64,000 bases of DNA from Clostridia bacterium (lineage in GTDB: Bacteria; Bacillota; Clostridia; Oscillospirales; Acutalibacteraceae), in assembly GCA_017399065.1 (NCBI GenBank), contig JAFQEL010000034.1:280-64279 (forward strand), in the 5' to 3' direction. Below, one piece after another: positions 50,649-60,013 of this stretch (position 1 is its first letter; every line of letters starts with the position of its first letter). Both the position numbers and the translations under genes were made by a program. The notes under the pieces were generated by a model that worked only from the letters and a program-made list of their open reading frames with translations, did not search any database and was not told where the DNA came from.

Positions 50649-51725
50649 TCAGTTAACCTTAACAATCCAGTTAAGCTTGTCTTCCTTCTTACCCCACTGG
50701 ATACCTGTAAGCTCATCATAAAGGAACTGAGCAACAGGACCGATCTTGGAATCATTGATAACAAGGTGCTCGTCGCCGTCGATATACTCACCTACAGGTG
50801 AAATAACAGCTGCTGTGCCTGTGCCGAAGGACTCTGTAAGCTTGCCTGCCTTGTAAGCTTCTTTGACTTCGTCAACAGAAAGCTTTCTTTCCTCAACCTT
50901 ATAGCCGTTTGCCTTAAGAACCTCGATACAAGAAGCTCTTGTAACACCGGGAAGGATGTTGCCGTCTTCAAGGGTCGGAGTGATAACAACGTCGTCAATT
51001 ACAAAGAATACGTTCATTGCACCTACTTCGTCGATATACTTTCTTTCAACACCGTCAAGCCAGAGAACCTGAGCATAGCCCATCTTATCAGCCTTTTCCT
51101 GACCGATAAGAGATGCAGCGTAGTTACCGCCTGCCTTAGCCATACCTGTACCGCCCTTTACGCAGCGGACATACTCTCTCTCGATATAGATCTTAACGGG
51201 ATCCATACCGTTAGCGTAATATGAGCCAACGGGAGAAAGGATGATGCAGAAAATATAGCTGTGAGAAGCGTGAACACCAAGGAAAGCATCTGTTGCGATG
51301 ATGAAGGGACGGATGTAAAGAGATGTTCCGTCACTGTGGGGAACCCAATCCTTATCTACATCAACAACAGCCTTGATAGCCTCAAGAGCGAGGTCGGGGT
51401 CAATACGCGGAACGCAAAGGCGGTCGCAAGTATTGTTCATTCTCTCGATATTCTTCTGAGGACGGAAAAGCTGTATGCTGCCATCAGCAACTCTGTAAGC
51501 CTTAAGACCCTCAAAAAGCTCCTGTGCATAGTGGAAAACCATTGATGACGGATCGAGAGCGAGAGGGCCGTAGGGAACGATTCTGCCGTCGTGCCAGCCC
51601 TGACCCTCATCATAATTCATTACAAACATATGGTCTGTAAAGATTTTACCGAAGCCGAGCTTGCTTTCGTCTGCGGGCTTTGCCTTGGGAGCAGTAGTTT
51701 TTTCTATTTTAAAATTGTAGCTCAT
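50649..51725 (-). CDS. ilvE: Branched-chain amino acid aminotransferase
   Basis: 358 aa from ATG 51725 (AAGAGG RBS). ..FEGLKAYR.. and ..GGTGMAKAGGNYAASL.. are class IV aminotransferase motifs. The track's longer ORF overlaps the upstream gene. Confidence 0.9.
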   Translation of the reverse strand: MSYNFKIEKTTAPKAKPADESKLGFGKIFTDHMFVMNYDEGQGWHDGRIVPYGPLALDPSSMVFHYAQELFEGLKAYRVADGSIQLFRPQKNIERMNNTCDRLCVPRIDPDLALEAIKAVVDVDKDWVPHSDGTSLYIRPFIIATDAFLGVHASHSYIFCIILSPVGSYYANGMDPVKIYIEREYVRCVKGGTGMAKAGGNYAASLIGQEKADKMGYAQVLWLDGVERKYIDEVGAMNVFFVIDDVVITPTLEDGNILPGVTRASCIEVLKANGYKVEERKLSVDEVKEAYKAGKLTESFGTGTAAVISPVGEYIDGDEHLVINDSKIGPVAQFLYDELTGIQWGKKEDKLNWIVKVN

Positions 51726-51750
51726 TGAAAATACCTCTTTTAAATTAATC

Positions 51751-52281
51751 TCAATAATCATAACCGAGCTTGAGAGCTGTTTTGTTAACTTCAAGAAGGT
51801 TCTGATGACGTGCAGATACAACCTTTGACAAGGGAGCATCGATACCGTCGAAACCGAGCATCGGGACTTCTTTGAGAAGCTTACCTGTTATGATCATATT
51901 TGCAAGTGTGCTGATGCCTTTTTCGTTTGCAATCTCTGTTGCGGGAATATAGTAAACGTCAACGTCTGTTCTTTCAACCTTACGGGAAATAAGTGTTGAA
52001 TCGACAAAGATCTTACCGCCCGAAACAACCTCGTTTTCGTATCTGTCAAGTGAGGGAAGGTTCATTGCAACAAGAACATCAGGATTGCTGACGATCGGTG
52101 AACCGATAGGCTCATCGCTTACGATAACACTGCAGTTTGCTGTACCGCCGCGCATTTCGGGGCCGTAGGACGGGAGCCAGGAAACCTGCTTGTTTTCAAG
52201 AAGACCCTTGTAAGCAACAAACTTACCTGCAAAAAGGATACCCTGACCGCCGAATCCGGCAAAAAGAATATTACAGCTCAT
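51751..52281 (-). CDS. 2-oxoacid:ferredoxin oxidoreductase, gamma subunit
   Basis: [20 protein letters not shown].. is the canonical gamma N-terminus. ATG 52281 lies immediately after the beta stop. Confidence 0.85.
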   Translation of the reverse strand: MSCNILFAGFGGQGILFAGKFVAYKGLLENKQVSWLPSYGPEMRGGTANCSVIVSDEPIGSPIVSNPDVLVAMNLPSLDRYENEVVSGGKIFVDSTLISRKVERTDVDVYYIPATEIANEKGISTLANMIITGKLLKEVPMLGFDGIDAPLSKVVSARHQNLLEVNKTALKLGYDY

Positions 52282-52282
52282 A

Positions 52283-53041
52283 TTATTTTGCCTCCTCTTC
52301 TGCATAGATATCTTTATAAACACCGAGAGGATAGTAAGGAAGCATATTTTCCTCAAGCCACTCGAGTGCTTTTACAGGTGTCATACCCCAGTTTGTAGGA
52401 CAGGTTGAAACAACCTCAATAAGAGAGAAGCCTTTGCCTTCAATCTGGTTCTGGAAAGCCTTTTTGATAGCTTTCTTTGCCTTTTTTATGTTTGCGGGAC
52501 TGTTGACTGCAACTCTTTCAAGATAAGCTGCACCGTCAACTTTTGAGAGAAGCTCGCAAACCTTTACGGGATAGCCGACTGTCTCAACATCTCTGCCGTA
52601 AGGAGAGGTCTGAGTAACCTGACCGGGAAGAGTTGTCGGAGCCATCTGACCGCCTGTCATACCGTAAATAGCGTTGTTAACGAAAATTACAGTGATATTC
52701 TCTCTTCTTGCTGCTGCGTGAACTGTTTCTGCAGTACCGATAGCTGCAAGGTCACCGTCACCCTGATATGTAAATACAATATTGTTTTCAGGGTCTGCAC
52801 GCTTGACACCTGTTGCAACAGCCGGTGCTCTGCCGTGAGGAGCCTGAACAAAATCAACATCAAAATAATCGTAAGCCATAACGGAGCAACCAACGGGTGC
52901 TACACCGATTGTTCTGCCCTGAATACCAAGCTCGTCAATTGCTTCGGCAACAAGTCTGTGAATAATACCGTGTGTACAACCGGGGCAATAGTGGAGAGTT
53001 GCATCTGTCAATGACTTGGGTTTTTCAAATACTATAGCCAT
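52283..53041 (-). CDS. 2-oxoacid:ferredoxin oxidoreductase, beta (TPP-binding) subunit
   Basis: ..YCPGCTHG.. Cys motif and [12 protein letters not shown]-binding motif. Confidence 0.9.
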   Translation of the reverse strand: MAIVFEKPKSLTDATLHYCPGCTHGIIHRLVAEAIDELGIQGRTIGVAPVGCSVMAYDYFDVDFVQAPHGRAPAVATGVKRADPENNIVFTYQGDGDLAAIGTAETVHAAARRENITVIFVNNAIYGMTGGQMAPTTLPGQVTQTSPYGRDVETVGYPVKVCELLSKVDGAAYLERVAVNSPANIKKAKKAIKKAFQNQIEGKGFSLIEVVSTCPTNWGMTPVKALEWLEENMLPYYPLGVYKDIYAEEEAK

Positions 53042-54105
53042 TATTTATTGCCTCCTTCATTGACTTTTTCTATCTTTGCAAGAACCTCTTCGGGAGAAGG
53101 AATCATACCGCCTACGCGGTTGCAAAGATATACGGGCTTCTTGCATTCGATAGCAAGCTGAATGTCTTCAATCATCTGACCCATATTCATTTCAACGGAA
53201 ATAAATGCCTTGCACTTATCTGCAGCTGCATTAAGAACCTTGTTGGGGAACGGCCAGAGAGTGATAGGACGAATCATGCCTACCTTGATGCCCTTTGCTC
53301 TTGCTTCTACGATTGCATTCTTAGCTACACGGGCTGTAATGCCGAAAGAAACAACGCAGATTTCTGCATCTTCCATTAAGTACTCTTCGTAAAGAACTTC
53401 GTTCTCTTCTATTTCTTTATAGCGCTCATAACGCTCAAAGTTTGTCTTTTCAAGTTCTTCCGGCTTAAGGTAAAGAGAGTTGACAATGTTATGCTTTCTC
53501 TCGCCTTTTGTGCCTGTAAGTGCCCAGGGCTTATCAAATGTTTTTGCGTTGGGCTCAGGAAGCTCAACGGGCTCCATCATCTGACCCATAGTACCGTCAG
53601 CAAGAATCATAGCAGGCATTCTGTACTTATCTGCAAGATCAAATGCAGTTGAAGTAAGAGAAGCCATTTCCTGAACTGATGACGGTGCAAGAACAATCTT
53701 CTTGAAGTCGCCGTGGCTTCCGCCCTTAACTGCCTGGAAATAGTCCGACTGTGAAGGCTGGATACCGCCGAGGCCGGGGCCGCCGCGCTGAACATTGACA
53801 ATAAGTGCAGGAAGATCAGAGCCTGCAAGATATGAAATACCTTCGCTCTTAAGAGATACACCCGGGCTTGATGATGATGTCATAACACGCTTACCTGTTG
53901 CGGCAACACCAAGCACCATATTTACGGCAGCAATTTCACTTTCTGCCTGAAGGAATACGCCGCCGATCTTAGGCATACGTTTTGCCATATAAGCAGCGAT
54001 TTCTGTCTGAGGAGTAATAGGATAACCGAAGTAGTGCATACAGCCTGCTCTGATAGCAGCTTCAGCAATAGCCTCGTTACCTTTCATTAAAACTTTCTCA
54101 CCCAT
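53041..54105 (-). CDS. 2-oxoacid:ferredoxin oxidoreductase, alpha subunit (VorB/KorA-like)
   Basis: ..[25 protein letters not shown].. canonical alpha N-terminus. Confidence 0.9.
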   Translation of the reverse strand: MGEKVLMKGNEAIAEAAIRAGCMHYFGYPITPQTEIAAYMAKRMPKIGGVFLQAESEIAAVNMVLGVAATGKRVMTSSSSPGVSLKSEGISYLAGSDLPALIVNVQRGGPGLGGIQPSQSDYFQAVKGGSHGDFKKIVLAPSSVQEMASLTSTAFDLADKYRMPAMILADGTMGQMMEPVELPEPNAKTFDKPWALTGTKGERKHNIVNSLYLKPEELEKTNFERYERYKEIEENEVLYEEYLMEDAEICVVSFGITARVAKNAIVEARAKGIKVGMIRPITLWPFPNKVLNAAADKCKAFISVEMNMGQMIEDIQLAIECKKPVYLCNRVGGMIPSPEEVLAKIEKVNEGGNK

Positions 54106-54116
54106 TTATTTTCACC

Positions 54117-54323
54117 TTACCTTTCAACCGTAATTGCACAGTCAGGACACATTGTTGCACAGAAAGCGCAACCGATGCACTGACTCTCATCAACACAATG
54201 TGCAGGATGATGTCCCTTTGCATTAAGCTTTGCAGAGTCAAGCTCTACTATCTTTTTAGGACAAACTGTGACGCATAAGCCACAGCCCTTGCATACATTT
54301 TCTGCGAATGTTACTTTTGCCAT
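54117..54323 (-). CDS. 2-oxoacid:ferredoxin oxidoreductase, delta subunit (2x[4Fe-4S] ferredoxin)
   Basis: CKGCGLCVTVCP and CIGCAFCATMCP. ATG 54323 lies 9 nt after GGAGG. Confidence 0.85.
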   Translation of the reverse strand: MAKVTFAENVCKGCGLCVTVCPKKIVELDSAKLNAKGHHPAHCVDESQCIGCAFCATMCPDCAITVER

Positions 54324-54352
54324 TTTTTCTGCCTCCATTCAAAGAAAAAATC

Positions 54353-55015
54353 TTAAACTATCTTTTTTTGTAAAGTCAGCGGAAACAGATTCGGGATCTT
54401 TCCGTTGAGATTATTAACTAAATCTGCTGTTACTGTTGTCATTTTTACGGGAAGCTGAGAAATCTCACTTAACCTCTCTGCCTCGGCAACAGAACTTAAA
54501 ACGTCTTCAGGAGTTGTAAGCCCACCGAGATTCGAATTGTTTACAATAGCGGTGAAGCTGATTTTGCCTGCCGCCTCTATCTCGCGCATAATTTCAATAG
54601 CATCCTCTGCTGTAGGAGTAAGGGGTCTGTACTTATTGAAAACAAAAAGCATTTCGTAATCGTTTTCGTCTTTTATGTAATCGGCGTAACGGCCTAAAGC
54701 ATAAGCACCGCGGTCATCGCCGCCGATATCCATTATAGCACTTTCTCCCTGTTTGTCAAAAATCGAATAGACCTCCTGAGGCAGTGCGGGTAAATCGACA
54801 TTGGATGAAGCAAACTCGGAGGATATAAGGCGTATTCCTGCCTGAGTCAGCTCATCAATACTGTCTCTTGTGCGGAAATAGGGATTGACAATATCAAGGT
54901 CTGCAACAACAACGTCTTTGCCGAGATTTTTAAGATAAAAAGCATAGTTGACTGCTATGTTTGTTTTACCCGAGCCGTAATGGCCTGCTAACAGCGTAAC
55001 ACGTTTGCTTTGCAT
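54353..55015 (-). CDS. P-loop NTPase of the MinD/ParA/CooC (SIMIBI) type, unknown role
   Basis: Deviant Walker A LLAGHYGSGKTN, ..VVADLDIVNPYF... Embedded between the acyl-CoA synthetase and the oxidoreductase genes. Confidence 0.6.
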   Translation of the reverse strand: MQSKRVTLLAGHYGSGKTNIAVNYAFYLKNLGKDVVVADLDIVNPYFRTRDSIDELTQAGIRLISSEFASSNVDLPALPQEVYSIFDKQGESAIMDIGGDDRGAYALGRYADYIKDENDYEMLFVFNKYRPLTPTAEDAIEIMREIEAAGKISFTAIVNNSNLGGLTTPEDVLSSVAEAERLSEISQLPVKMTTVTADLVNNLNGKIPNLFPLTLQKKIV

Positions 55016-55036
55016 CTTAAATCACCTCTTTATGAA

Positions 55037-57325
55037 TTATAATTTGTTTCTCATTATCTTGCCGCTTGTTGTTTTGGGAAGCTCATCTCTGAACACAACA
55101 ATTCGCGGATATTTGTAAGGAGCTGTTTTCGCCTTAACGTACTGCTGAATATCCTTCTTGAGCTCCTCTGTAGGCTCTGTGCCCTTGACAAGAACAATGC
55201 TTGCCTTTACAACCTGACCGCGCACCTCATCGGGAGCGGCTGAAACACCGCACTCAAGAACATAAGGAAGCTCCATAATAACACTTTCGATTTCAAACGG
55301 GCCTATACGGTAGCCTGATGACTTGATAACGTCATCAACACGGCCGACGTACCAATAGAAACCGTCTTCATCCTGCCATGCAACGTCGCCGGTGTGATAA
55401 TAGCCGTCGTGCCAGACTTCTTTGGTTTTGGCTTCGTCATTGTAGTAGCCTGTGAACAGACCGCAGGGAGCACCGTCCTTGACGTTGACAACGATTTCGC
55501 CGTTTTCACCGACGGGCACTTCGTTGCCGTCGTTATCAACGAGCTTAACGTCATAAATCGGAGCAGGTTTACCCATTGAGCCGATTTTATGGTCTGCACC
55601 GGTCATATTACCGATAATCATTGTGCTTTCGGTCTGACCGAAGCCCTCGAGAATCTGAAGACCCGTTGCCTTTTCAAACTGGCGGTAAACCTCGGGGTTA
55701 AGAGCCTCACCTGCTGTTGTCATATGCTTGACAGAAGAGAAATCGTAATTCGAAATATCCTGCTTGATCATCATTCTGAGCATTGTGGGCGGTGCACAGA
55801 AGGTTGTGATATGATGCTTTGCAAACATCGGTAAGATATCTGCTGCATCAAATCTGTCAAAGTCGTAAACAAAGGTTGCTGCCTCACAAAGCCACTGGCC
55901 ATATAGCTTACCCCACATTGACTTAGCCCAGCCTGTATCGGAAATTGTAAAATGAAGACCGTCAGGGTCAACATTGTGCCAATACTTTGCCGTATGGAAA
56001 TGGCCTAAAGCATATTTATAGTTGTGAGCTGCAATTTTTGGATAACCTGTTGTGCCTGATGTGAAGAACATAAGCATAAGGTCGTCTCCACCTGGAGCAT
56101 TCTCTCCTCTTTCGTAGTGAGTGCTGTAAAGAACTCTTTCCTCGTCGAAGTTTCTCCAGCCTTCTCTTTCACCGTTGACAATAATCTTGTGTTCAAGTGA
56201 AGGACAGGTTCTTGCAGCTAAATCTACCTGATGAGCTGTATCACCGTCTGCAGTGCAAAGAATAGCTTTGACGCCTGCAGCCTGGAAGCGGTACTCAAAG
56301 TCGTGCTCCTGAAGCTGATTCGGTGCGGGAATTGCAACAGCACCCAGCTTATTGAGACCAATCATAGCGTACCAGTACTGATAATGGCGCTTAAGAACGA
56401 GCATAACTCTGTCGCCTTTTTTGATGCCAAGGGATTTGAAATAGTTAGCTGCCTGAGCAGAGCCTTTCTTCATATCCTTGAAAGTAATACGTCTTTCGGT
56501 CTTGTCTCGTGAAATATGAAGCATTGCAAGCTTTTCCGGTTCTTTGTCTGCAAGCTCATCTACAAGGTCAAAAGCAAAATTGAAATTTTCTGTATTCTTG
56601 AACTTAATTGATGTCGGAGTACCCTTTTCATTCTCAACAACATCAACATACTTCTGGTAAATACGCTTTTTTGTATCCTTGACGGTTGACTTTGTATCCT
56701 TAACCTTCTTAGCAGGCTGAAGCTCAGGAATAGGCTCGCCCGAAGGATTAAGAACGATAGCATAGAAGGTACAGTCCTTACCGTCAACAGCAATCATGCC
56801 GTGAGGTGTAAGTGAATCGTAATAAATGCTGTCGCCGGGACCAAGGATTTCGGAATGTTCGCCGACCTGAACCTTAAGCTTACCTTCAATAACAATATCA
56901 AGCTCCTGACCGTCGTGAGATGTTAGCTCAATATCCTTATTCTGATTTTCTTCGCTGTATGTAGCTTCAACAAAAAGAGGCTCGGCAATTTTGTTCTTGA
57001 ATTTTGCAGCAAGGTTGAAATATGTCATACCGTGTGCTTTTTCAATTTTCTGACCCTTACCTGCCTTTGTGAAAACGTAGTTGGTGAGCTTGGGAGTACT
57101 ACCCTCGATGATACTTGTAACATCAACATTAAAAGCTAACGCACAGCGGTAGATAAAAGCAAAGTTAAGATCACTCTCGCCGTTTTCACAAGCAAGATAT
57201 TCACCCTCGGAAACACCTGTTTTCTCAGCCATCTGGGCTGCGGTATATCCTTCAATTTCACGAAGCTCTCTGATTCTGGCGGCCATTTCCTTGATTTTAA
57301 AATCAAGACCCGTCATTTTCTCCAT
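55037..57325 (-). CDS. XRE-type HTH plus cupin sensor domain fused to an AMP-forming (medium/short-chain) acyl-CoA synthetase; copy 1
   Basis: aa 1-70: ..RIRELREIEGYTAAQMAEKTGVSEGEYLACENG.. (HTH_3). aa ~120-200: cupin (..GDSIYYDSLTPHGM..). Then FFTSGTTGYPK, YHTGD, GRVDDVIKSSGYRIGPFEIE and PKTTSGKIMR. ATG 57325 lies 8 nt after AGGAGG. Confidence 0.85.
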   Translation of the reverse strand: MEKMTGLDFKIKEMAARIRELREIEGYTAAQMAEKTGVSEGEYLACENGESDLNFAFIYRCALAFNVDVTSIIEGSTPKLTNYVFTKAGKGQKIEKAHGMTYFNLAAKFKNKIAEPLFVEATYSEENQNKDIELTSHDGQELDIVIEGKLKVQVGEHSEILGPGDSIYYDSLTPHGMIAVDGKDCTFYAIVLNPSGEPIPELQPAKKVKDTKSTVKDTKKRIYQKYVDVVENEKGTPTSIKFKNTENFNFAFDLVDELADKEPEKLAMLHISRDKTERRITFKDMKKGSAQAANYFKSLGIKKGDRVMLVLKRHYQYWYAMIGLNKLGAVAIPAPNQLQEHDFEYRFQAAGVKAILCTADGDTAHQVDLAARTCPSLEHKIIVNGEREGWRNFDEERVLYSTHYERGENAPGGDDLMLMFFTSGTTGYPKIAAHNYKYALGHFHTAKYWHNVDPDGLHFTISDTGWAKSMWGKLYGQWLCEAATFVYDFDRFDAADILPMFAKHHITTFCAPPTMLRMMIKQDISNYDFSSVKHMTTAGEALNPEVYRQFEKATGLQILEGFGQTESTMIIGNMTGADHKIGSMGKPAPIYDVKLVDNDGNEVPVGENGEIVVNVKDGAPCGLFTGYYNDEAKTKEVWHDGYYHTGDVAWQDEDGFYWYVGRVDDVIKSSGYRIGPFEIESVIMELPYVLECGVSAAPDEVRGQVVKASIVLVKGTEPTEELKKDIQQYVKAKTAPYKYPRIVVFRDELPKTTSGKIMRNKL

Positions 57326-57350
57326 TGATTCAACCTCCTGGTTTATGGGA

Positions 57351-57630
57351 CAAAACATAAAAACCCGTCCCAAAGATATCTTTGAGACGAGTTATATATA
57401 ACCCGCGGTACCACTCAAATTGCAGTAATAACTGCCACTCTCAAGGTCTGTCAACCTCTATGCATTAACGCAGCAATCACGGAGAGGTTCTACTGAGCAC
57501 AAACGCCGTTCTTCCTCCCGGCTCAGAAACTACAAACAACAGAAACCTTGCTATGACTTGCACCGACCGTCATTTCTCTATAAAGCTTGGTATACTGTGC
57601 CCTTTTCTTCAACGCCTTTACTATTCAACT
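57351..57630 (-). promoter_or_regulatory. T-box riboswitch leader 1 (specifier read as GUA, Val)
   Basis: Minus strand. K-turn GGC-GUU-GA..GA-GCC, AGAGA bulge, GGUCGGUGCAA distal loop, UGCGUUA F-box. T-box AAUUUGAGUGGUACCGCGG (57421..57403). Terminator CGUCUCAAAGA..UCUUUGGGACG plus U-run. Confidence 0.8.
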
Positions 57631-57636
57631 TTCTCA

Positions 57637-57665
57637 AAGATACCACAACTGTTTTGAAAAGTCAA
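57637..57665 (-). promoter_or_regulatory. Promoter of T-box leader 1
   Basis: Minus strand TTGACT, 17-nt spacer ending in TG, TATCTT. Confidence 0.45.
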
Positions 57666-57690
57666 TACATTATTTAATATATATTATATA

Positions 57691-59976
57691 TTAAAGCTTG
57701 TTTCTCATAATTTTACCGCTGATTGTTTTCGGGAGCTCATCTCTGAAAACAACAATTCTCGGATATTTATAAGGAGCCGTATTTTTCTTGACGTATTCCT
57801 GAATCTCTTTCTTGAGTTCCTCTGTCGGCTCAGTACCCTTGGTAAGAACAATGCTTGCCTTGACAACCTGACCGCGGACCTCATCGGGAGCAGCTGAAAC
57901 ACCGCACTCAAGAACATACGGAAGCTCCATAATAACGTTTTCTATTTCGAACGGACCGATACGATAGCCCGATGACTTGATAACGTCATCAACACGGCCG
58001 ACATACCAGAGATATCCGTCTTCATCACGCCAAGCAGTATCACCTGTATGATAAAGGCCGTCGTGCATAGCCTCACCGGTTTTTTCTTCATCGACTTCAC
58101 AGCCTTTATAGTAGCCAAGGAACAGTCCACACGCATTTTTATCGCCCAACCTTACAACAATTTCGCCTGTTTCACCGTCTGCAACAGACCTGCCGTCAGG
58201 ATCGACAACATCGATATTATAAAGAGGTGTAGGTCTACCCATAGCACCGATTTTGATCTTTGAGCCATTAAGGTTTGCAATTGACAGAGTAGTTTCAGTC
58301 TGACCGAATCCCTCGTGAATTCTGAGACCCGTTACCTTTTCGAACTGCTTGAAAACCTCCGGATTAAGAGCTTCACCTGCCGTAGTTGCGTGCTTTATTG
58401 AGGACAAATCGTACTGTGAAATATCCTGCTTGATAAGCATTCTGTACATTGTGGGAGGTGCACAGAATGTTGTGATGTTGTATTTTGCAAACATAGGAAG
58501 AATCTTCGAAGCATCAAAACGCTCGAAGTCATAAACAAACACACAGCCCTCGCAAAGCCACTGTCCGTAGAGTTTACCCCACAGTGCTTTACCCCAGCCT
58601 GTTTCTGAAATCGTGAAATGGACACCGTCACGCTGTACACAGTGCCAATATTTTGCTGTAATAAAATGACCAAGAGGATACTTGTGGCTGTGAGCAGCAA
58701 TTTTCGGATAGCCTGTTGTACCTGAGGTGAAGAGCATAATCATCGGGTCATCACCGCAGGCAGCATCTGCTTCACGGACAAAACGTCTGCTGAAAAGGCC
58801 GAACTCCTCATCGAAATTATGCCAGCCCTCTTTTGAGCCGTTAGCAACAATTTTGGTTTTAAGAGTAGGACAATTTTTTTGAGCCTCGTCTATATAATCT
58901 GTTGCCTTACCGTCTGCAGTAACTACAACTGCACTTACACCTGCTGCATTGAAGCGGTATTCATAGTCGTGCACAACAAGCTGATTTGTTGCAGGAATCG
59001 CAATCGCACCGAGCTTATGGAGGCCGAGAATAGCAAACCAGAACTGATAGTTACGCTTAAGCACAAGAAGAACTCTGTCACCCTTCTTGATACCTAAAGA
59101 TTTAAAGTAGTTAGCTGCCTGAGAGGAATATTCTTTCATTTCCTTGAAAGTAAATTTGCGTTCTGTCATATCGTCTGAAATATGAATCATCGCGAGCTTC
59201 TCAGGATATGTTCTGCCGATTTTATCAATAACGTCAAATGCAAAGTTAAAGCTGTCTTCGTAATTGAACTCAATGCTGTTACAGACACCGTTTTCATCAA
59301 CAGTTGTTTTGATGAATTTGTCACAGATAAGCTTATCTTCTGCAGTAGATTTACCTGTATTGACAGTGCTCATATGGTTATCTGCAAGCTTCTCATCCTC
59401 CGCCATAACCATAGCAAGGAAAAGACAATCTTCACCGTCAACAGCTATCATACCGTGAGGAATAGAGCTGTTGTAGAATATACTGTCGCCCTCGTGAAGA
59501 ATTTCAACGTGCTCACCTACCTGAACCTTAAGAGCACCCTTTACAACAAGATCAAACTCCTGACCGGAGTGAGTTGTAACCTCAATAGGCTTTGACTGAA
59601 GCTCACTGGAATACTCGTATTTTACCCAGTAGGGATTGGCGAGCTTATTTTTAAACTTGGGAGCAAGGTTCTGAATAAGAATACCTTCTTCATTCGCTGT
59701 TACCTGACCCTGTCCGCGTCTTGTAACATTATAGGTTGTGAGCTTTGCACTCTGACCCTCAAGAATGTCTGTAAGCTCAACGCCAAAAGCCAATGCGCAC
59801 TTATGAACAAATGAGAAAGGCATATCCTCCATACCGTTTTCGTATGCAAGATATTCTTCGATACTTACGCCTGTTTTATCAGCCATTTCAATATCTGATA
59901 AATTATAAATGTCGCGGAGCTCTTTAATTCGCTCGGCCACCTCTACCAGTTTGTTTTCATAAGAATTGTTAAGCAT
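57691..59976 (-). CDS. XRE-type HTH plus cupin sensor domain fused to an AMP-forming acyl-CoA synthetase; copy 2 (paralogue)
   Basis: Same architecture as copy 1 (..RIKELRDIYNLSDIEMADKTGVSIEEYL.., ..GDSIFYNSSIPHGM.., LFTSGTTGYPK, GRVDDVIKSSGYRIGPFEIE, PKTISGKIMR). Confidence 0.85.
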   Translation of the reverse strand: MLNNSYENKLVEVAERIKELRDIYNLSDIEMADKTGVSIEEYLAYENGMEDMPFSFVHKCALAFGVELTDILEGQSAKLTTYNVTRRGQGQVTANEEGILIQNLAPKFKNKLANPYWVKYEYSSELQSKPIEVTTHSGQEFDLVVKGALKVQVGEHVEILHEGDSIFYNSSIPHGMIAVDGEDCLFLAMVMAEDEKLADNHMSTVNTGKSTAEDKLICDKFIKTTVDENGVCNSIEFNYEDSFNFAFDVIDKIGRTYPEKLAMIHISDDMTERKFTFKEMKEYSSQAANYFKSLGIKKGDRVLLVLKRNYQFWFAILGLHKLGAIAIPATNQLVVHDYEYRFNAAGVSAVVVTADGKATDYIDEAQKNCPTLKTKIVANGSKEGWHNFDEEFGLFSRRFVREADAACGDDPMIMLFTSGTTGYPKIAAHSHKYPLGHFITAKYWHCVQRDGVHFTISETGWGKALWGKLYGQWLCEGCVFVYDFERFDASKILPMFAKYNITTFCAPPTMYRMLIKQDISQYDLSSIKHATTAGEALNPEVFKQFEKVTGLRIHEGFGQTETTLSIANLNGSKIKIGAMGRPTPLYNIDVVDPDGRSVADGETGEIVVRLGDKNACGLFLGYYKGCEVDEEKTGEAMHDGLYHTGDTAWRDEDGYLWYVGRVDDVIKSSGYRIGPFEIENVIMELPYVLECGVSAAPDEVRGQVVKASIVLTKGTEPTEELKKEIQEYVKKNTAPYKYPRIVVFRDELPKTISGKIMRNKL

Positions 59977-60013
59977 AATCTCACCCTTTCAGGAAAAATA
60001 AATTTAAAAAATT

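Noticed and set aside
50649-52356. N-terminally extended ORF-track versions of ilvE (start 51839) and the VOR gamma subunit (start 52356)
   Set aside because: The extensions overlap the preceding genes, lack RBSs and add non-homologous residues. The internal ATGs at 51725 and 52281 have proper RBS or coupling and give canonical N-termini.
57374-57690. Track start at 57373 for synthetase copy 1, which would make the T-box terminator coding
   Set aside because: Codons 1-16 (MGRVFMFCPINQEVES) overlap the terminator U-run and hairpin. ATG 57325 has AGGAGG at 8 nt and begins the HTH domain.
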